From a virus (Duplodnaviria; Caudoviricetes): DNA of 30,631 nucleotides. Location: IMG/VR virus record IMGVR_UViG_3300014879_000004, positions 1 through 30,631 of that record; one strand, 5' to 3'. The notes beneath the pieces were generated by a model. It had not been told where the DNA came from. It searched no databases and saw nothing but the letters and a program-made list of their open reading frames with translations. This document shows positions 15,870 through 26,348 of this stretch, in pieces. Every line of letters begins with the position of its first letter. Position 1 is the stretch's first letter. Both the position numbers and the translations under genes were made by a program.

Positions 15870-18800
15870 GTGCCACCAGTCGTTTTGGAAATACTGGTAG
15901 ACGCAGACAAGGGCATCGTTGCACTGCGGCAATTCGATAAAGCCGTGAGTGATACCGCCAAGACGACGCAGCAGACCAGCCAGGCCCAACACCAGGCGGC
16001 GCAGAGCACCACCTCCTTCGGCGCCAGCCTGGCGGCGACGACGAAATCCGCCATCGGCCTGTCCCTGGGCTTCGCCGGCGTGGCCGGTATCGCCACGACG
16101 CTTGGGGCAGCGGCGACAGCGGCGACGGGGTTCGAGGCGGCGCTCAACAGCATCAACGCCCTGGGGACTGTCAGTGCGAGGCAACTGAGTACGCTGCGTG
16201 AGCAACTGCTGGCACTGCCGCCGGCGCTGGGTTCCTCGACCGAACTCGCCAAGGGGCTCTACGACATTCTGGGTGCCAACGTCCCCGCTGACAACGCCAT
16301 CACTGTCCTGACCCGCTCCGCCGAACTGGCGAAAGGCGGCCTGGGCAACCTCGATACGGCCATTAACGCGGTCACCAAATCCGCCGCCGCGTTTGGTATC
16401 CCGCTGGAACAGGCGCAGTTTGTCACGGATGTCTTTACCCAGACGGTCATCCGTGGGCAAGGGCGCCTCGAGGAATTCGCGCAGGCCTTCCCGCAAGTCG
16501 CCGCCACCGCCGCCGCCACGGGGGCCTCGTTCATCGACACGAACGCCGCCATCGCCGTGCTCACCCAGACCTTCAAGAACGCCGATACGGCCGCCACTGG
16601 CCTGAATTCCTTTTTCCAGCAACTCATTCAGAACAGCGCCAAGTTTGCTGCTGAGGGGATTAACGTTAAGCAGGTCCTGGCTGAAGAAGGCTTAACGGGG
16701 CTCTTTCGGCGCTTGAACGAGGTTACAGGGGGGAGTGCCGAGCGGCTCAAGGAATTGATTAACGATTCCGAGGGCTTTCGGGCCGCCCTCACGCTGACGG
16801 GCAACCAATTCAACACGTTCAACGAGACGGTCGGCTCCTATGCCAACGTCACCGGCCTGGCGCAGCAAGCGGCCAGCAAGAACCTGGCAGATGCCGGGGC
16901 CGCCTGGCAGACGTTCATCAACACGCTCGACCGTCTGGTGCAGGAAGTCGCCCCACCGCTCCTGGAAGTATTTACCAACATCACGCGGGCAGCGAGCGTG
17001 CTTGCCGCTGATGTCACCAAGCTCTACCGCGCCTTTGCGCAGAGCGAGACGCTGCGCACGATGGTGGCGGATTTCGAGCAGTTCTTTCAGGTCATCGGGC
17101 AATCCGCTGCCTTCCAGACGCTGAACGCGAACCTTCTGACGACCACCGGCAACACCACGGACACGTACAACGCCTTTGTCATCCTCGACGAACTCCTGAA
17201 GGGCAATGTTCGGCCCAGTATCGACTTTGTGACGGCCGGCTGGGACCTGCTCAACGCCGCCTTTGACTACACGGCGGCTGGCGTCATCAAGCTCGGGCAG
17301 TATCTCATTGACGGACTGGTCACGCCGCTGGCGCAGGTCTTCACGGCCCTCGACCAGGCAGCAACCGCGCTCGGTATTTCTGATGGGCGCTTCAGCCAGC
17401 TTGCGGCCACGAGTCAGCAACTCAGTGCTGACCTGGCTCTGGCAAGCGCCACGTTCCAGGGCATGGCCGATGAGTTTGTGCTGGGCACGAACCGCATAGG
17501 CATGGCCCAGGACGGCGCCAGCAAGGCGGTGGCGACGACGACAGCGGCGGTCAACGCGCAGAGCACGGCGCTGCCCCAGCAAGGCACCGCAGCGGCCGCA
17601 GCGGCCGCTGGGACTGCCCAACTCACGGAAGCGCAGCAAAAGCTGAAGACAACACTGGATGATGCCAATGATGCCGCAAGCACCTTGCAAGGCACGCTCG
17701 ACAAATTGAAACCGGGGGATGCATTCAAGGCTATCTCGGCAGATGAGCTGACGCACACACTCGGGACCGTGACCGCGAAACTCATCGAGATGGAAAAGGC
17801 TGGCACGTTCACGGCGCGGGAAATTTCCCGCGCGTATGACGAGGCTGCGGCAGTGCTACGTGAGCGTTTTGGCGTCTTGCCTGATGCCTTTCAACGCGCG
17901 TTCGATGCCATGCGCGCCAGAGCGAGTACGACAGCGGATGGCATTGCGCTGGCGTTTGAACGTATGGGTCTGCAAACCCGTGATGCCTTGCAGCGGACGG
18001 CCACCGATGCCCTGGCAGACTTTCAGGCCATCGAAAAAGCCGGGACCGCCTCACCGCGCGCCCTGCTGGACGCCTGGCTTGACGTCGTTGACCAGATCGA
18101 CAAGGGCGCGTTCAAGATCCTGCCCGAGGGGTTCCAGGCCTCAAGCACGCGCATGCAGGAGATTGCCAGGAAACTCGGCGTCGAGTTACCCCAACCCATC
18201 GTGAACGCCTTTGGCGAGATAGCCGTTGCCGGGCAAAGCGCTGCCGAGGCAATCGACACCTCCTGGCTGCAAACCCGTGGCGCCCTGGAGCGGGCGAGCC
18301 AGGCGACCACGGACCTTGGCCGGCGCACGGACGAGGCCGCGAAGAGTACGAAAGCCTTGACGGAGGAGGAGAAACGGCTGGGCTTTACCCTGGACGAGAA
18401 TGGCGAAAAGATCAAGAAGGTGGTGTCAGAATGGGACAAGCTCATGAGCCTGAAGATCCTTCCCATCGAGATTCCCTTCGCCACGGAACTTGCCGGGCTC
18501 CAGGAGCAGCTCGCCAAAGCCTATAAGGATCTCAACCTCCTAGGCTACGGTGCCACCGGGCTCGGGGTGGACAGCATTCGGCGTGAGCAGGGCGAACTCC
18601 AGAAGCTCATCACAGAGCTGGAAAAACGCATTGCCGACCTCAAGCAGCAGACGGCGGCGTCCACCCCCGGCACCCCCGGCACCCCCACCCCCGGCACCGG
18701 CACCGGCACCCCCGCCACCGGCACCGGCACGGGCGCCACCGGCGGCGGGACCACGGCGGCGCCGCTGGCGTCCAGCGCCCCCACCGCCGGCAGTGGCGGT

Positions 18801-19175
18801 CTCGGGGTCTTCAGTCCCACCTCCCCGACGCTGACGCAGCGTCCTGGCGCGCCGGGCATGGGCCCGGGCGGCGGGGGCGGCCTCAGCCCGACCTCGCCCG
18901 GGGCGCTGCAACGTCCGGGCGCCCCGCTGGCGCCGACCGGGCCGCTCGTGGGCGGTGGCTCCGGCTCCCTGGTGGTCGGCGGCGGCAGCGGCGGGGGGCA
19001 ACCGCCCGGCTTTCCCGTCATCGGTGGCACGGTGCCGACGCTGGCGCCGACGCAGCGCACCATCGTGTATAACCTGACGGTCCACACGCAGGCGCAGGAC
19101 GCCGCCACGCTGGCGCGGGACCTGGTGCCCTACTTGCGCCAGGCGGATCTGTCACAGCGACCATTGGGAGGCTAG
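15870..19175 (+). CDS. Tape measure protein (TP901-like core)
   Basis: 1101 aa Ala-rich helical; FEAALNSINAL..ELAKGLYDIL..AELAKGG core; GGAGG RBS + GTG. Confidence 0.92.
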   Translation: MPPVVLEILVDADKGIVALRQFDKAVSDTAKTTQQTSQAQHQAAQSTTSFGASLAATTKSAIGLSLGFAGVAGIATTLGAAATAATGFEAALNSINALGTVSARQLSTLREQLLALPPALGSSTELAKGLYDILGANVPADNAITVLTRSAELAKGGLGNLDTAINAVTKSAAAFGIPLEQAQFVTDVFTQTVIRGQGRLEEFAQAFPQVAATAAATGASFIDTNAAIAVLTQTFKNADTAATGLNSFFQQLIQNSAKFAAEGINVKQVLAEEGLTGLFRRLNEVTGGSAERLKELINDSEGFRAALTLTGNQFNTFNETVGSYANVTGLAQQAASKNLADAGAAWQTFINTLDRLVQEVAPPLLEVFTNITRAASVLAADVTKLYRAFAQSETLRTMVADFEQFFQVIGQSAAFQTLNANLLTTTGNTTDTYNAFVILDELLKGNVRPSIDFVTAGWDLLNAAFDYTAAGVIKLGQYLIDGLVTPLAQVFTALDQAATALGISDGRFSQLAATSQQLSADLALASATFQGMADEFVLGTNRIGMAQDGASKAVATTTAAVNAQSTALPQQGTAAAAAAAGTAQLTEAQQKLKTTLDDANDAASTLQGTLDKLKPGDAFKAISADELTHTLGTVTAKLIEMEKAGTFTAREISRAYDEAAAVLRERFGVLPDAFQRAFDAMRARASTTADGIALAFERMGLQTRDALQRTATDALADFQAIEKAGTASPRALLDAWLDVVDQIDKGAFKILPEGFQASSTRMQEIARKLGVELPQPIVNAFGEIAVAGQSAAEAIDTSWLQTRGALERASQATTDLGRRTDEAAKSTKALTEEEKRLGFTLDENGEKIKKVVSEWDKLMSLKILPIEIPFATELAGLQEQLAKAYKDLNLLGYGATGLGVDSIRREQGELQKLITELEKRIADLKQQTAASTPGTPGTPTPGTGTGTPATGTGTGATGGGTTAAPLASSAPTAGSGGLGVFSPTSPTLTQRPGAPGMGPGGGGGLSPTSPGALQRPGAPLAPTGPLVGGGSGSLVVGGGSGGGQPPGFPVIGGTVPTLAPTQRTIVYNLTVHTQAQDAATLARDLVPYLRQADLSQRPLGG
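18661..18735 (+). repeat. C-rich ACCCCCGGC/ACCGGC tandem repeats encoding TPG/TG in TMP
   Basis: Directly visible imperfect tandem array. Confidence 0.8.
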
Positions 19176-19178
19176 GAC

Positions 19179-19553
19179 GTGTATCCGCAATTCGTGAAAG
19201 CCGGCGTACCGACCGTCACGCTGACGAGAGGCCAGAGCTGGCCGGCGCAGACGAGTATCGAGACCGGGCAGGTCGTCGCGCTGAGCGATGGCACGGCGGC
19301 CCTGGCGCTGAAATTCGCCGCGGCGCGCGCGCGCTACACCGTGCAGCTCACGGGCCTGTCGCAGAGCGCTTTCGATGCCCTGTGGGCCTTCCTGTGGCAT
19401 CCCCGTATCGACGGCGGACAGCAGCCGTTTACGTGGGTGGATGAGCTGGGCGTCAGCCGGGAGGTGCGCTGGCTGCTTGACAGCGCGTTTACCTGGCAGG
19501 AGACGTCTGCTGGCCGCCTCGATGTGACCCTTATCTTGCGCGAGGAGAGCTAA
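19179..19553 (+). CDS. Distal tail protein (Dit/gpM-like)
   Basis: 124 aa directly after TMP; GGQQPFTWVD motif. Confidence 0.7.
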   Translation: MYPQFVKAGVPTVTLTRGQSWPAQTSIETGQVVALSDGTAALALKFAAARARYTVQLTGLSQSAFDALWAFLWHPRIDGGQQPFTWVDELGVSREVRWLLDSAFTWQETSAGRLDVTLILREES

Positions 19554-19556
19554 CGC

Positions 19557-22500
19557 ATGCGGGACGTCTCGGCAGCCTGGGCGCCGCTGGTGGCAGCCTT
19601 TCGCCAGGGCGTGGGTGTCGAAGACTACCTGGCGGTGCTGATTCCACGCCGCAACCTGGCGCTCACGGCGCGTCCCTGGCCCGAGGGCTGGCTGCCGTCC
19701 GGCATCGTCGTCTATCCCTTCCTAGCGCCCACGGGGACAGGCCTCGGCGCCATCAGCATTGAACTGGCTGATGACCGCTCGTCGCGTCTGGGGAACGTCG
19801 CCTGTCAGGTGCGCGTGCTGGCCGGACAGGTCGGGACGGTGCTGGACCAGGTGCAGCAGCAACTGTTAACGATTGCGCAGCAAGAGGCGGTGGTCTGGGG
19901 CGGCTTCCTGGGCGGCGCGCTCCGTGACCAGAGCGAGATCCTGACGCTCTTTCGTGGGCGGGTGGCCCAGCCGCGCCTGGCGCGGGGCGTGCTCACGTTT
20001 ACCATTGTGGACGGTGCCAGTGAAGACCACCGCGACATCGAGATCCCAGTCGGCGCCAGCGTCTTCCCTGGCAGCCCGCTGGCGGCACGCGGCATCGCCG
20101 TGCCGCTGATTATTGGGACAGCCCTGGGGCTTGAACCGCTCCTGGTCGCAGGCATCTCCAATGGCACGTTGGCGACCGCGCTGCCGGCGGCGGATGTCGA
20201 GACCATCGACCTCGCGGAAATTAACGCCGGGTTTGGTGCTGGGGGGTCAGTCCTCGTGGGCGGCACCGAAGAGATTTTCTATGACGGGCAGCGTGTCGGG
20301 CTCCTGCTCGATGGCAGTACCGCCCTCCAGCTCCTGCGCCCGCTGCGCCACGCGCCGGCGGTCCACGCGGCTGCGACCGTGGTCCAGACGGCGCCGCCGA
20401 TTCAGTACCGCTACCTCGTGGGTATCGGGCTGCCGGGCCTCCAACTCCTGGCGGTGCGGGACAAGGACGGGCCGATTGCCAATTATCAGTTCGACACGAA
20501 CCTGCCTACTCTGCCACCCGGGACAGCGGTCCTCAACCTCGCAGAGGTGCACGAGGGCGTCAGCGTCGACGTGCAGGCCATCCCTGACCCGCCCCCGCCG
20601 CCGCTGATCAACGGCGGCTTCGAGACGGGAGCGCTGTCGCCCTGGGTGGCGCTGCCGGGCTCGACCGTGGCCGTCACCCCACAAGCGGCGCAGACCGGCA
20701 ACTATAAGCTGCAAGTGCAAGACGTGGGACCAACGGTCGTCGGGGCCTACCAGCAGGTTGCCGTGGTCGTGGGAAAGCGCTACACGCTGCTCCTCAACTG
20801 GCGCACGCCGCTTCTCCAGCAAGACAATACGGTGGACAACGGGGATTTTACGGCACCGACGCTGGGGAACTGGCAGATCAGTACGTTTACGTCGGTGCCA
20901 GGGCAGTCTGTGACGTCGGACTACCGACCAGGGAGTGGCACGGACACGGGGCAGGTCGCGTTCACCATCCCGAGCGCCTCGGTGGTCCTCCCACCGCAGA
21001 ATCCCCTGGGACCACCAGAGTTCATCCGCGTCGCGACTGATTATGCCTCGTACCGCATCGAGATGCGCCAGGACGCGCCGACGCCGCTTACTCTGACGCC
21101 GGGGGTGCTGACGACGTTCGATGTCCGTGTGCGCGCGTTTCTCCTCACGTCCATCCCAGGGATGCACTACGCGCTGGCGGGTGGCGGAGGCCCCTCGGGG
21201 GTCTCGGGCAGCCTGGGCGTCTCGGTGCCAGTCCTTCCACCGCTCTCCGAGGTGCAGGTGCGCGTGGGCCTGGCCTCGCTGGCGACGCCGGATGAGGAGT
21301 TTGTCTGGAATCTCCAGCCCGATCAAGCGGCGACCACCCAGGGCACCGTGGCCGAATTTCGTCTCCAGGATATCAACCGCGCCTTCACACCGACCGACAC
21401 CACCTATCGCCTGGTCATCACCATTCAAGGCCGCTACATCGGGAAGATTCAGCCCATCGAAGTGCTCAGTGCCGTGGTGGCTGCGACACCAGCGGCCCCG
21501 GAAGACCCTCCGGAGGACGTGGTACTCCAGGGCACCGGCCTGCTTCAGCTCGGCACACCGACCAACCCGGCGCGCTATACGACGCGGGAGCTGACCGGTC
21601 CCTCCACCTGGCAACAACTCGTGGTGCCGTTCGTGGCGGTGGAGACGACCGTGCGTATCTCCTTGCTTGGCCAGGCCGCGCAGGGACCGGCGACCGTGGA
21701 GTATGACGGTCTGCGTTTTCTGCCTCCAGGCCGCAACCCGGTGCTCGTCATGGCGCAGGTCTTTGCGCAATTTCTGCCGCATCTGACCCTCAACCAGACG
21801 AGCGTGCAGACGGCCGCCAACCGGCGCAACGAATGGCTCTTTAATGGCTTTATACCCGATCCTGGCAATACCAGGGACCTCCTCGTCAAGATGTCCCAGG
21901 AATGCTGGTGTACGGTGTATAAAGACGTGACAGGCGTCTACCAGATCACCGCCGATGATCCCGACCTGCTGCCGGTCCTCTGGCTCGACAGCGCGCAGGA
22001 CGTGTACCGGGATTCACTCGACATCCAGTCATTGCCGATGGCGCAGGTGTCTACCGATTTTTACCTGTGGTACCAGCGCGTGAGCACGCAGGTGACGACG
22101 ACCAAAGCCGGGCAATACGCGGCGGTCCTGTTTGTCACGCCAGACCAGTCAACCAGTCAGTACCCCGAACTCCAAACAATCTGCTCGCAAGCGCAGGCCA
22201 GCGTCAACACGCGCCAGCGCTTTGATTTCTTTGCCGACTTCATCGCGGACCCGGCGACGGCAGACTTGCTCCTGTCACGCCTGGTGCGGCAGCGCGGGGT
22301 GATACGCCAGGATGTCAGCCTCCAGGCGGCGTTGCCGGCCGTGCCGCTCTCGCTGACGGATCATGTCGCCGTACGGGCGCCGCTGTTTGGGCAGCGGCCG
22401 TTTGTTGGCGAAGTGCGCCGGGCCGCCTTCAGCGTCTCGCCCGCGGCGCCTGGCCTGGCGGTGGCGCTGACGCTGCGCTCCTCTGGGACGCTGCGGGGCG

Positions 22501-22640
22501 TATGGGAAACCTGGGACTATGCCATCAGCACCGGAGCCGTACGGGTGAACGAGGGATGGGAGCCGGGCTGGGTAGCGCCGTTTGAATACGTGCCTCCGGT
22601 ACCGCCAGAGCCGTACTGGGTGGCACCCTTCGAGGCATAA
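19557..22640 (+). CDS. Baseplate hub/Tal-like protein with inserted carbohydrate-binding-like domains
   Basis: LFRGRV..LTFTIVD and VPLIIG hub motifs; LINGGFETG and VDNGDF domain starts. Confidence 0.75.
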   Translation: MRDVSAAWAPLVAAFRQGVGVEDYLAVLIPRRNLALTARPWPEGWLPSGIVVYPFLAPTGTGLGAISIELADDRSSRLGNVACQVRVLAGQVGTVLDQVQQQLLTIAQQEAVVWGGFLGGALRDQSEILTLFRGRVAQPRLARGVLTFTIVDGASEDHRDIEIPVGASVFPGSPLAARGIAVPLIIGTALGLEPLLVAGISNGTLATALPAADVETIDLAEINAGFGAGGSVLVGGTEEIFYDGQRVGLLLDGSTALQLLRPLRHAPAVHAAATVVQTAPPIQYRYLVGIGLPGLQLLAVRDKDGPIANYQFDTNLPTLPPGTAVLNLAEVHEGVSVDVQAIPDPPPPPLINGGFETGALSPWVALPGSTVAVTPQAAQTGNYKLQVQDVGPTVVGAYQQVAVVVGKRYTLLLNWRTPLLQQDNTVDNGDFTAPTLGNWQISTFTSVPGQSVTSDYRPGSGTDTGQVAFTIPSASVVLPPQNPLGPPEFIRVATDYASYRIEMRQDAPTPLTLTPGVLTTFDVRVRAFLLTSIPGMHYALAGGGGPSGVSGSLGVSVPVLPPLSEVQVRVGLASLATPDEEFVWNLQPDQAATTQGTVAEFRLQDINRAFTPTDTTYRLVITIQGRYIGKIQPIEVLSAVVAATPAAPEDPPEDVVLQGTGLLQLGTPTNPARYTTRELTGPSTWQQLVVPFVAVETTVRISLLGQAAQGPATVEYDGLRFLPPGRNPVLVMAQVFAQFLPHLTLNQTSVQTAANRRNEWLFNGFIPDPGNTRDLLVKMSQECWCTVYKDVTGVYQITADDPDLLPVLWLDSAQDVYRDSLDIQSLPMAQVSTDFYLWYQRVSTQVTTTKAGQYAAVLFVTPDQSTSQYPELQTICSQAQASVNTRQRFDFFADFIADPATADLLLSRLVRQRGVIRQDVSLQAALPAVPLSLTDHVAVRAPLFGQRPFVGEVRRAAFSVSPAAPGLAVALTLRSSGTLRGVWETWDYAISTGAVRVNEGWEPGWVAPFEYVPPVPPEPYWVAPFEA

Positions 22641-22642
22641 AC

Positions 22643-23272
22643 GTGGCATTCTTTCAGTGGGAATTTCTGAAGGCTTTTTCGGCACAGCAAGCCTACGTCG
22701 ACCTCACCGCACCTGTGGTCGGCAACGGTTCGCTGCGCCTGGTTGGCGCTGCCGCCGGCACGGGAGCCGTGCAGGGCCGCTGGGCGCAGGCGTCGAATCG
22801 AGGCTTCAGGCAAGGGCGCGTCACGACGCTGGTGCAGCCGTTGGCTGGCGTCGCCGTGCAGGATATGTACGGCGTGTACGGGGCGACGTCCCAGAGTAAC
22901 CTGACGGGCACCACGGGGACGTGTTATGCGGCACTGCTGGTCGTCGGAGGCATCCCCACGGCCTGGAGCGTGAACCTCGTCAAAGTGACGGCAGGGTTTG
23001 GCTCTGCACTGACGGTGCTCCAGACGCATGTGATCCCGATGGCCTTTGGCCAACCCTTCGGGATCCAGCTCCAGTGGCTCTCGGACCCGCAGATCGGCAC
23101 GGCGCTGCGGCTGGCGTTTGGCACGGCGCTCGATTTGAGCGACCTGGTGGAGCAGCCGGTGGTGCAGGAGCCGAGCGTGTTTCTGAGCGCCTCGCAGGGC
23201 GAGGGACCACTCGCCTCTCTCACCGCGAACGGCGATGTGCGCTTCGATCAAACCAGTACGGAAGAAATCTAA
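22643..23272 (+). CDS. Beta-sandwich (lectin-like) tail-tip protein A
   Basis: Beta-rich; paralog of next gene ([43 protein letters not shown]). Confidence 0.7.
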   Translation: MAFFQWEFLKAFSAQQAYVDLTAPVVGNGSLRLVGAAAGTGAVQGRWAQASNRGFRQGRVTTLVQPLAGVAVQDMYGVYGATSQSNLTGTTGTCYAALLVVGGIPTAWSVNLVKVTAGFGSALTVLQTHVIPMAFGQPFGIQLQWLSDPQIGTALRLAFGTALDLSDLVEQPVVQEPSVFLSASQGEGPLASLTANGDVRFDQTSTEEI

Positions 23273-23284
23273 GGAGGCGGGAAG

Positions 23285-23932
23285 GTGGCCCAGGAGACGC
23301 TGCTGTTTACGGACTTCGACGTTGTGATGAGCAGTGTGCAAATCAACGCCATCCTCAACACGACTGCGTTGGCGCTGGTCGACGACGCGTCTTTGCAGAT
23401 TTACCGCGTCAGTGGCGGGAGTGTGTCCACCCTCACCATGGCCCCCAAAGCTGGCAAGCGTCAGGCGACGACCATCGGCCAGTTGCGCGTGCTGCTCAAG
23501 CACACCGTTGGCGGCTCGACGAGTCAACAATTTGGCCTGGTCTGCATGCAATCGCAGCGCAATATACAGACGACGGGCAGTGCGTACCTGCTCAGGGTGC
23601 GTGGCGAGAATCTGGACCTGTGCAAATTGAACGGCACGGGGCTCATCGGCAGCCCTCCAAGTCAGCTCGCGACCGCTGCTGGCGTGGTGCCATTCAATAC
23701 GACCCATGCCATACAACTCCAGTGGACGCTCGATCTGGCGCAGTTGGGCGGCGTGCAACTGCGCGCCTGGCGTGGCAGCGCGCTCGACTATAGCAACCTG
23801 ATCGAAGTCGCGGCCTATACAGATCTGGTGTCGCCGCTCACGACGACGGTCACCGAAGGGGTCTTCGCCATCGAGGGCTTTGGCGGCGCGTTTACCGTGC
23901 TGATGGACATGCTCAGCCTGGAGGGTATTTAA
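23285..23932 (+). CDS. Beta-sandwich (lectin-like) tail-tip protein B
   Basis: AAGGAGG RBS; paralog of previous gene. Confidence 0.7.
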   Translation: MAQETLLFTDFDVVMSSVQINAILNTTALALVDDASLQIYRVSGGSVSTLTMAPKAGKRQATTIGQLRVLLKHTVGGSTSQQFGLVCMQSQRNIQTTGSAYLLRVRGENLDLCKLNGTGLIGSPPSQLATAAGVVPFNTTHAIQLQWTLDLAQLGGVQLRAWRGSALDYSNLIEVAAYTDLVSPLTTTVTEGVFAIEGFGGAFTVLMDMLSLEGI

Positions 23933-23933
23933 C

Positions 23934-25088
23934 ATGGCACCGCTCACCATCCAACGCCCGACCCTGCCCAACCCGCTCACGCTCGCCCGCGGCGGCACCG
24001 GCGCCACCACGGCGGCGGCGGCGCGTTCGGCGCTGGGGCTGGTGCCTGGCACCGACGTGCAGGCGCAGGACGTCGAGTTGCAGGCCCTCGCCGGCCTCAC
24101 CTCTGCCGCCGACCGCCTGCCGTACTTCACGGGCGCCGGCACGGCGGCGCTGGCGACGTTCACGGCGGCCGGGCGCACGCTGGTGGCCGGCGCCGACGCG
24201 GCGGCGCAGCGCACGGCGCTGGGGCTGGGGACGCTGGCGGTGCTCAATACGCCGCTGGCGGTGTCGGTGGGCGGTACCGGGGCGACAGACGCCGCCACCG
24301 CCCGCAGCAACCTGGGGCTGGGGACGCTGGCGACGCAGAACGCGGGCGCGGTGGCGATTACGGGGGGGAATGTCACGGGGCTGAGTGCCATTAGCGTGAC
24401 TGGTACCGCGAATTTTAGTGCGGGGGTCAATGCGCAGAATTACGCCGGGAGCAGCGTCTACGGTTTTGTCTCGTATATTGCGGCAGCAGGCGGGGCGGAG
24501 CGCTGGTCCTTCTATTGTACCAGTGACGCGCCGAGTCATTTTGGCGGGGTAGTGGACACTCCTTCGCAAGTACGTATTGGCAGCGGCACTCCCATTACGT
24601 TCAATAACAAGCAGGTGCTCTGGTATGCGAAGCAGACGCAGGATTGCATAGTGATTATGCCAAACGATAATGATACTGGACTAGGGAGTGCGGTCTTGTT
24701 CCGCAACAGTGGAACTGCGGTGGTCGGCTCGATTACCACCACCGCCTCCGCCACCGCCTACAACACCTCCTCCGATGTCCGTCTCAAATACGCCATGGCG
24801 CCCCTCGCCGGCGCCCTCGACGTCCTCCGTGCGCTGCGTCCCGTCAGCCACCGGTGGCAGGCGGATGGCTCGCCTGGCGTCGGCTTCCTGGCGCACGAGC
24901 TGCAGCAGGTGATTCCTGACGCCGTGACGGGCGAGCCGGATGCCATCAACGACGATGGCTCCATCCGTCCGCAACAAGTCGATCATAGCAAACTCGTGGT
25001 GTGGCTCACGGCTGGTCTGCAAGAGTTGCTCGCGCAGGTCGAAACGCTCAGGACCCGTGTCACTGCGCTGGAAGGAGGCGCACTATGA
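23934..25088 (+). CDS. Tail fibre 1 with C-terminal Peptidase_S74 intramolecular chaperone
   Basis: GGTGAT..AAR.ALGLG repeats; [25 protein letters not shown]. Confidence 0.9.
   Translation: MAPLTIQRPTLPNPLTLARGGTGATTAAAARSALGLVPGTDVQAQDVELQALAGLTSAADRLPYFTGAGTAALATFTAAGRTLVAGADAAAQRTALGLGTLAVLNTPLAVSVGGTGATDAATARSNLGLGTLATQNAGAVAITGGNVTGLSAISVTGTANFSAGVNAQNYAGSSVYGFVSYIAAAGGAERWSFYCTSDAPSHFGGVVDTPSQVRIGSGTPITFNNKQVLWYAKQTQDCIVIMPNDNDTGLGSAVLFRNSGTAVVGSITTTASATAYNTSSDVRLKYAMAPLAGALDVLRALRPVSHRWQADGSPGVGFLAHELQQVIPDAVTGEPDAINDDGSIRPQQVDHSKLVVWLTAGLQELLAQVETLRTRVTALEGGAL
24312..24344 (+). repeat. 33-bp direct repeat CTGGGGCTGGGGACGCTGGCGACGCAGAACGCG (second copy 25280-25312; 21-bp partial 24219-24239)
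   Basis: Identical copies in both fibre genes just before their variable domains. Confidence 0.85.
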
Positions 25089-26047
25089 GCGTTGACCCGT
25101 ACCCCGGCCTCGCCGCCGCGCAACCCTTCGACGCCACCCTGCAGGCCCTCGCGGCCTTAGCCACGAGTGCCGACACGGCGCCGTATTTTACCGGCGTCGA
25201 CGCAGCGGCGCTGATGACGATTACGCCGTTTGCGCGGACGTTACTGGACGACGTCGACCAGGCGACGGCGCGCACGACGCTGGGGCTGGGGACGCTGGCG
25301 ACGCAGAACGCGAACGCGGTGGCGGTGACGGGGGGGAGCGTGACGGGGCTGAGTGCGCTGGAGGTGCCTGAGCGCAGTGGCAGCAATCAATATGGCCTGC
25401 TGCTGCGACTCGTGGCGACTGGAGGAACGCAGCGTTGGAATCTCTTTGCGGATGGCCTGGCGCCGAACTATCTCGCGGGACAGGTGGGGGTCGGCACGAC
25501 GAACCTCCTCGCCCAGCTCACCGTTGGCAATAGCGCCTATATTCAAACGGGTCTCGGCATACGCATCGCGCCCATGGCGAATGTCAGTGCCTATGTCGGC
25601 TATTCGAAAGCGACGAGTAATGCGGGGATTCTCCTGGTGACGCAGGATAATGATACCGGATCGGGCGCGGCCATTCAGTTTTCCAATCTGGCCCAGGCGA
25701 TCGTGGGGACGATTGTGACGACGGCAAGCGCGACCACCTTTAACACGAGTTCTGACGCACGGCTCAAGCACGCGATTGAGACGCTCACGGACGCGCTGGA
25801 GAACGTCCGGGCGTTGCGGCCTGTGACCTTCCGGTGGAATGTCGACGACAGCCCGGATGAAGGCTTCCTCGCCCACGAACTGCAACAGGTCTTGCCGCAT
25901 GCCGTGACCGGCGAGTCCGATGCCGTGAACGACGATGGCACGATCCGCCCGCAACAGGTGGATCATAGCAAACTGGTGGTGTGGCTCGTCGGCGCTGTGC
26001 AAGCCCTGCTGGCACGTGTCGAGGCCTTAGAAGCAGCACCAACATAG
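25085..26047 (+). CDS. Tail fibre 2 with C-terminal Peptidase_S74 chaperone
   Basis: AAGGAGG RBS, ATGA overlap with fibre 1; [25 protein letters not shown]. Confidence 0.9.
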   Translation: MSVDPYPGLAAAQPFDATLQALAALATSADTAPYFTGVDAAALMTITPFARTLLDDVDQATARTTLGLGTLATQNANAVAVTGGSVTGLSALEVPERSGSNQYGLLLRLVATGGTQRWNLFADGLAPNYLAGQVGVGTTNLLAQLTVGNSAYIQTGLGIRIAPMANVSAYVGYSKATSNAGILLVTQDNDTGSGAAIQFSNLAQAIVGTIVTTASATTFNTSSDARLKHAIETLTDALENVRALRPVTFRWNVDDSPDEGFLAHELQQVLPHAVTGESDAVNDDGTIRPQQVDHSKLVVWLVGAVQALLARVEALEAAPT

Positions 26048-26060
26048 AAAGGAACGTCCT

Positions 26061-26348
26061 ATGCCTATGAGTACTCTGGAACGCGATACCTTGGCGAAAT
26101 CATTTGCGGTCTGCAAACAACTCTTGCTCGACGTTCAGCCGAAGCTCGCCGGCCTGGCGCAGATTTACGACAGCGCCGGCGGCGTCAAGACCACGCTGAC
26201 GCAGGAGGAACTGGATGAAGTGGCGGAGCTGTCCGGCCTCACGAAAACGCAGGTGGATGACGGCCTGTATGTGCTCACGACCCTGCTGCTGCCGGCCATC
26301 CAGCAGGGCTATCCGGCGCTCGCACAGCTCGCGGCGAGATTCCTATGA
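26061..26348 (+). CDS. Hypothetical helical protein
   Basis: AAAGGA RBS; ATGA overlap with next ORF. Confidence 0.75.
   Translation: MPMSTLERDTLAKSFAVCKQLLLDVQPKLAGLAQIYDSAGGVKTTLTQEELDEVAELSGLTKTQVDDGLYVLTTLLLPAIQQGYPALAQLAARFL

Noticed and set aside
22517-24430. Long minus-strand ORFs (e.g. 637 aa here, 511 aa at 20247, 365 aa at 2027, 356 aa at 6946)
   Set aside because: Antisense shadows of GC-rich + strand genes, with no RBS or recognisable motifs
24740-26000. Diversity-generating retroelement TR/VR pair in the two fibre 3' ends
   Set aside because: Differences are mostly synonymous and not adenine-specific, both copies are coding S74 domains, and there is no reverse transcriptase in the window
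12803-26047. Contractile injection system, tailocin or T6SS (two tube genes, OmpA protein)
   Set aside because: No sheath or wedge genes; complete terminase, portal and capsid modules are present
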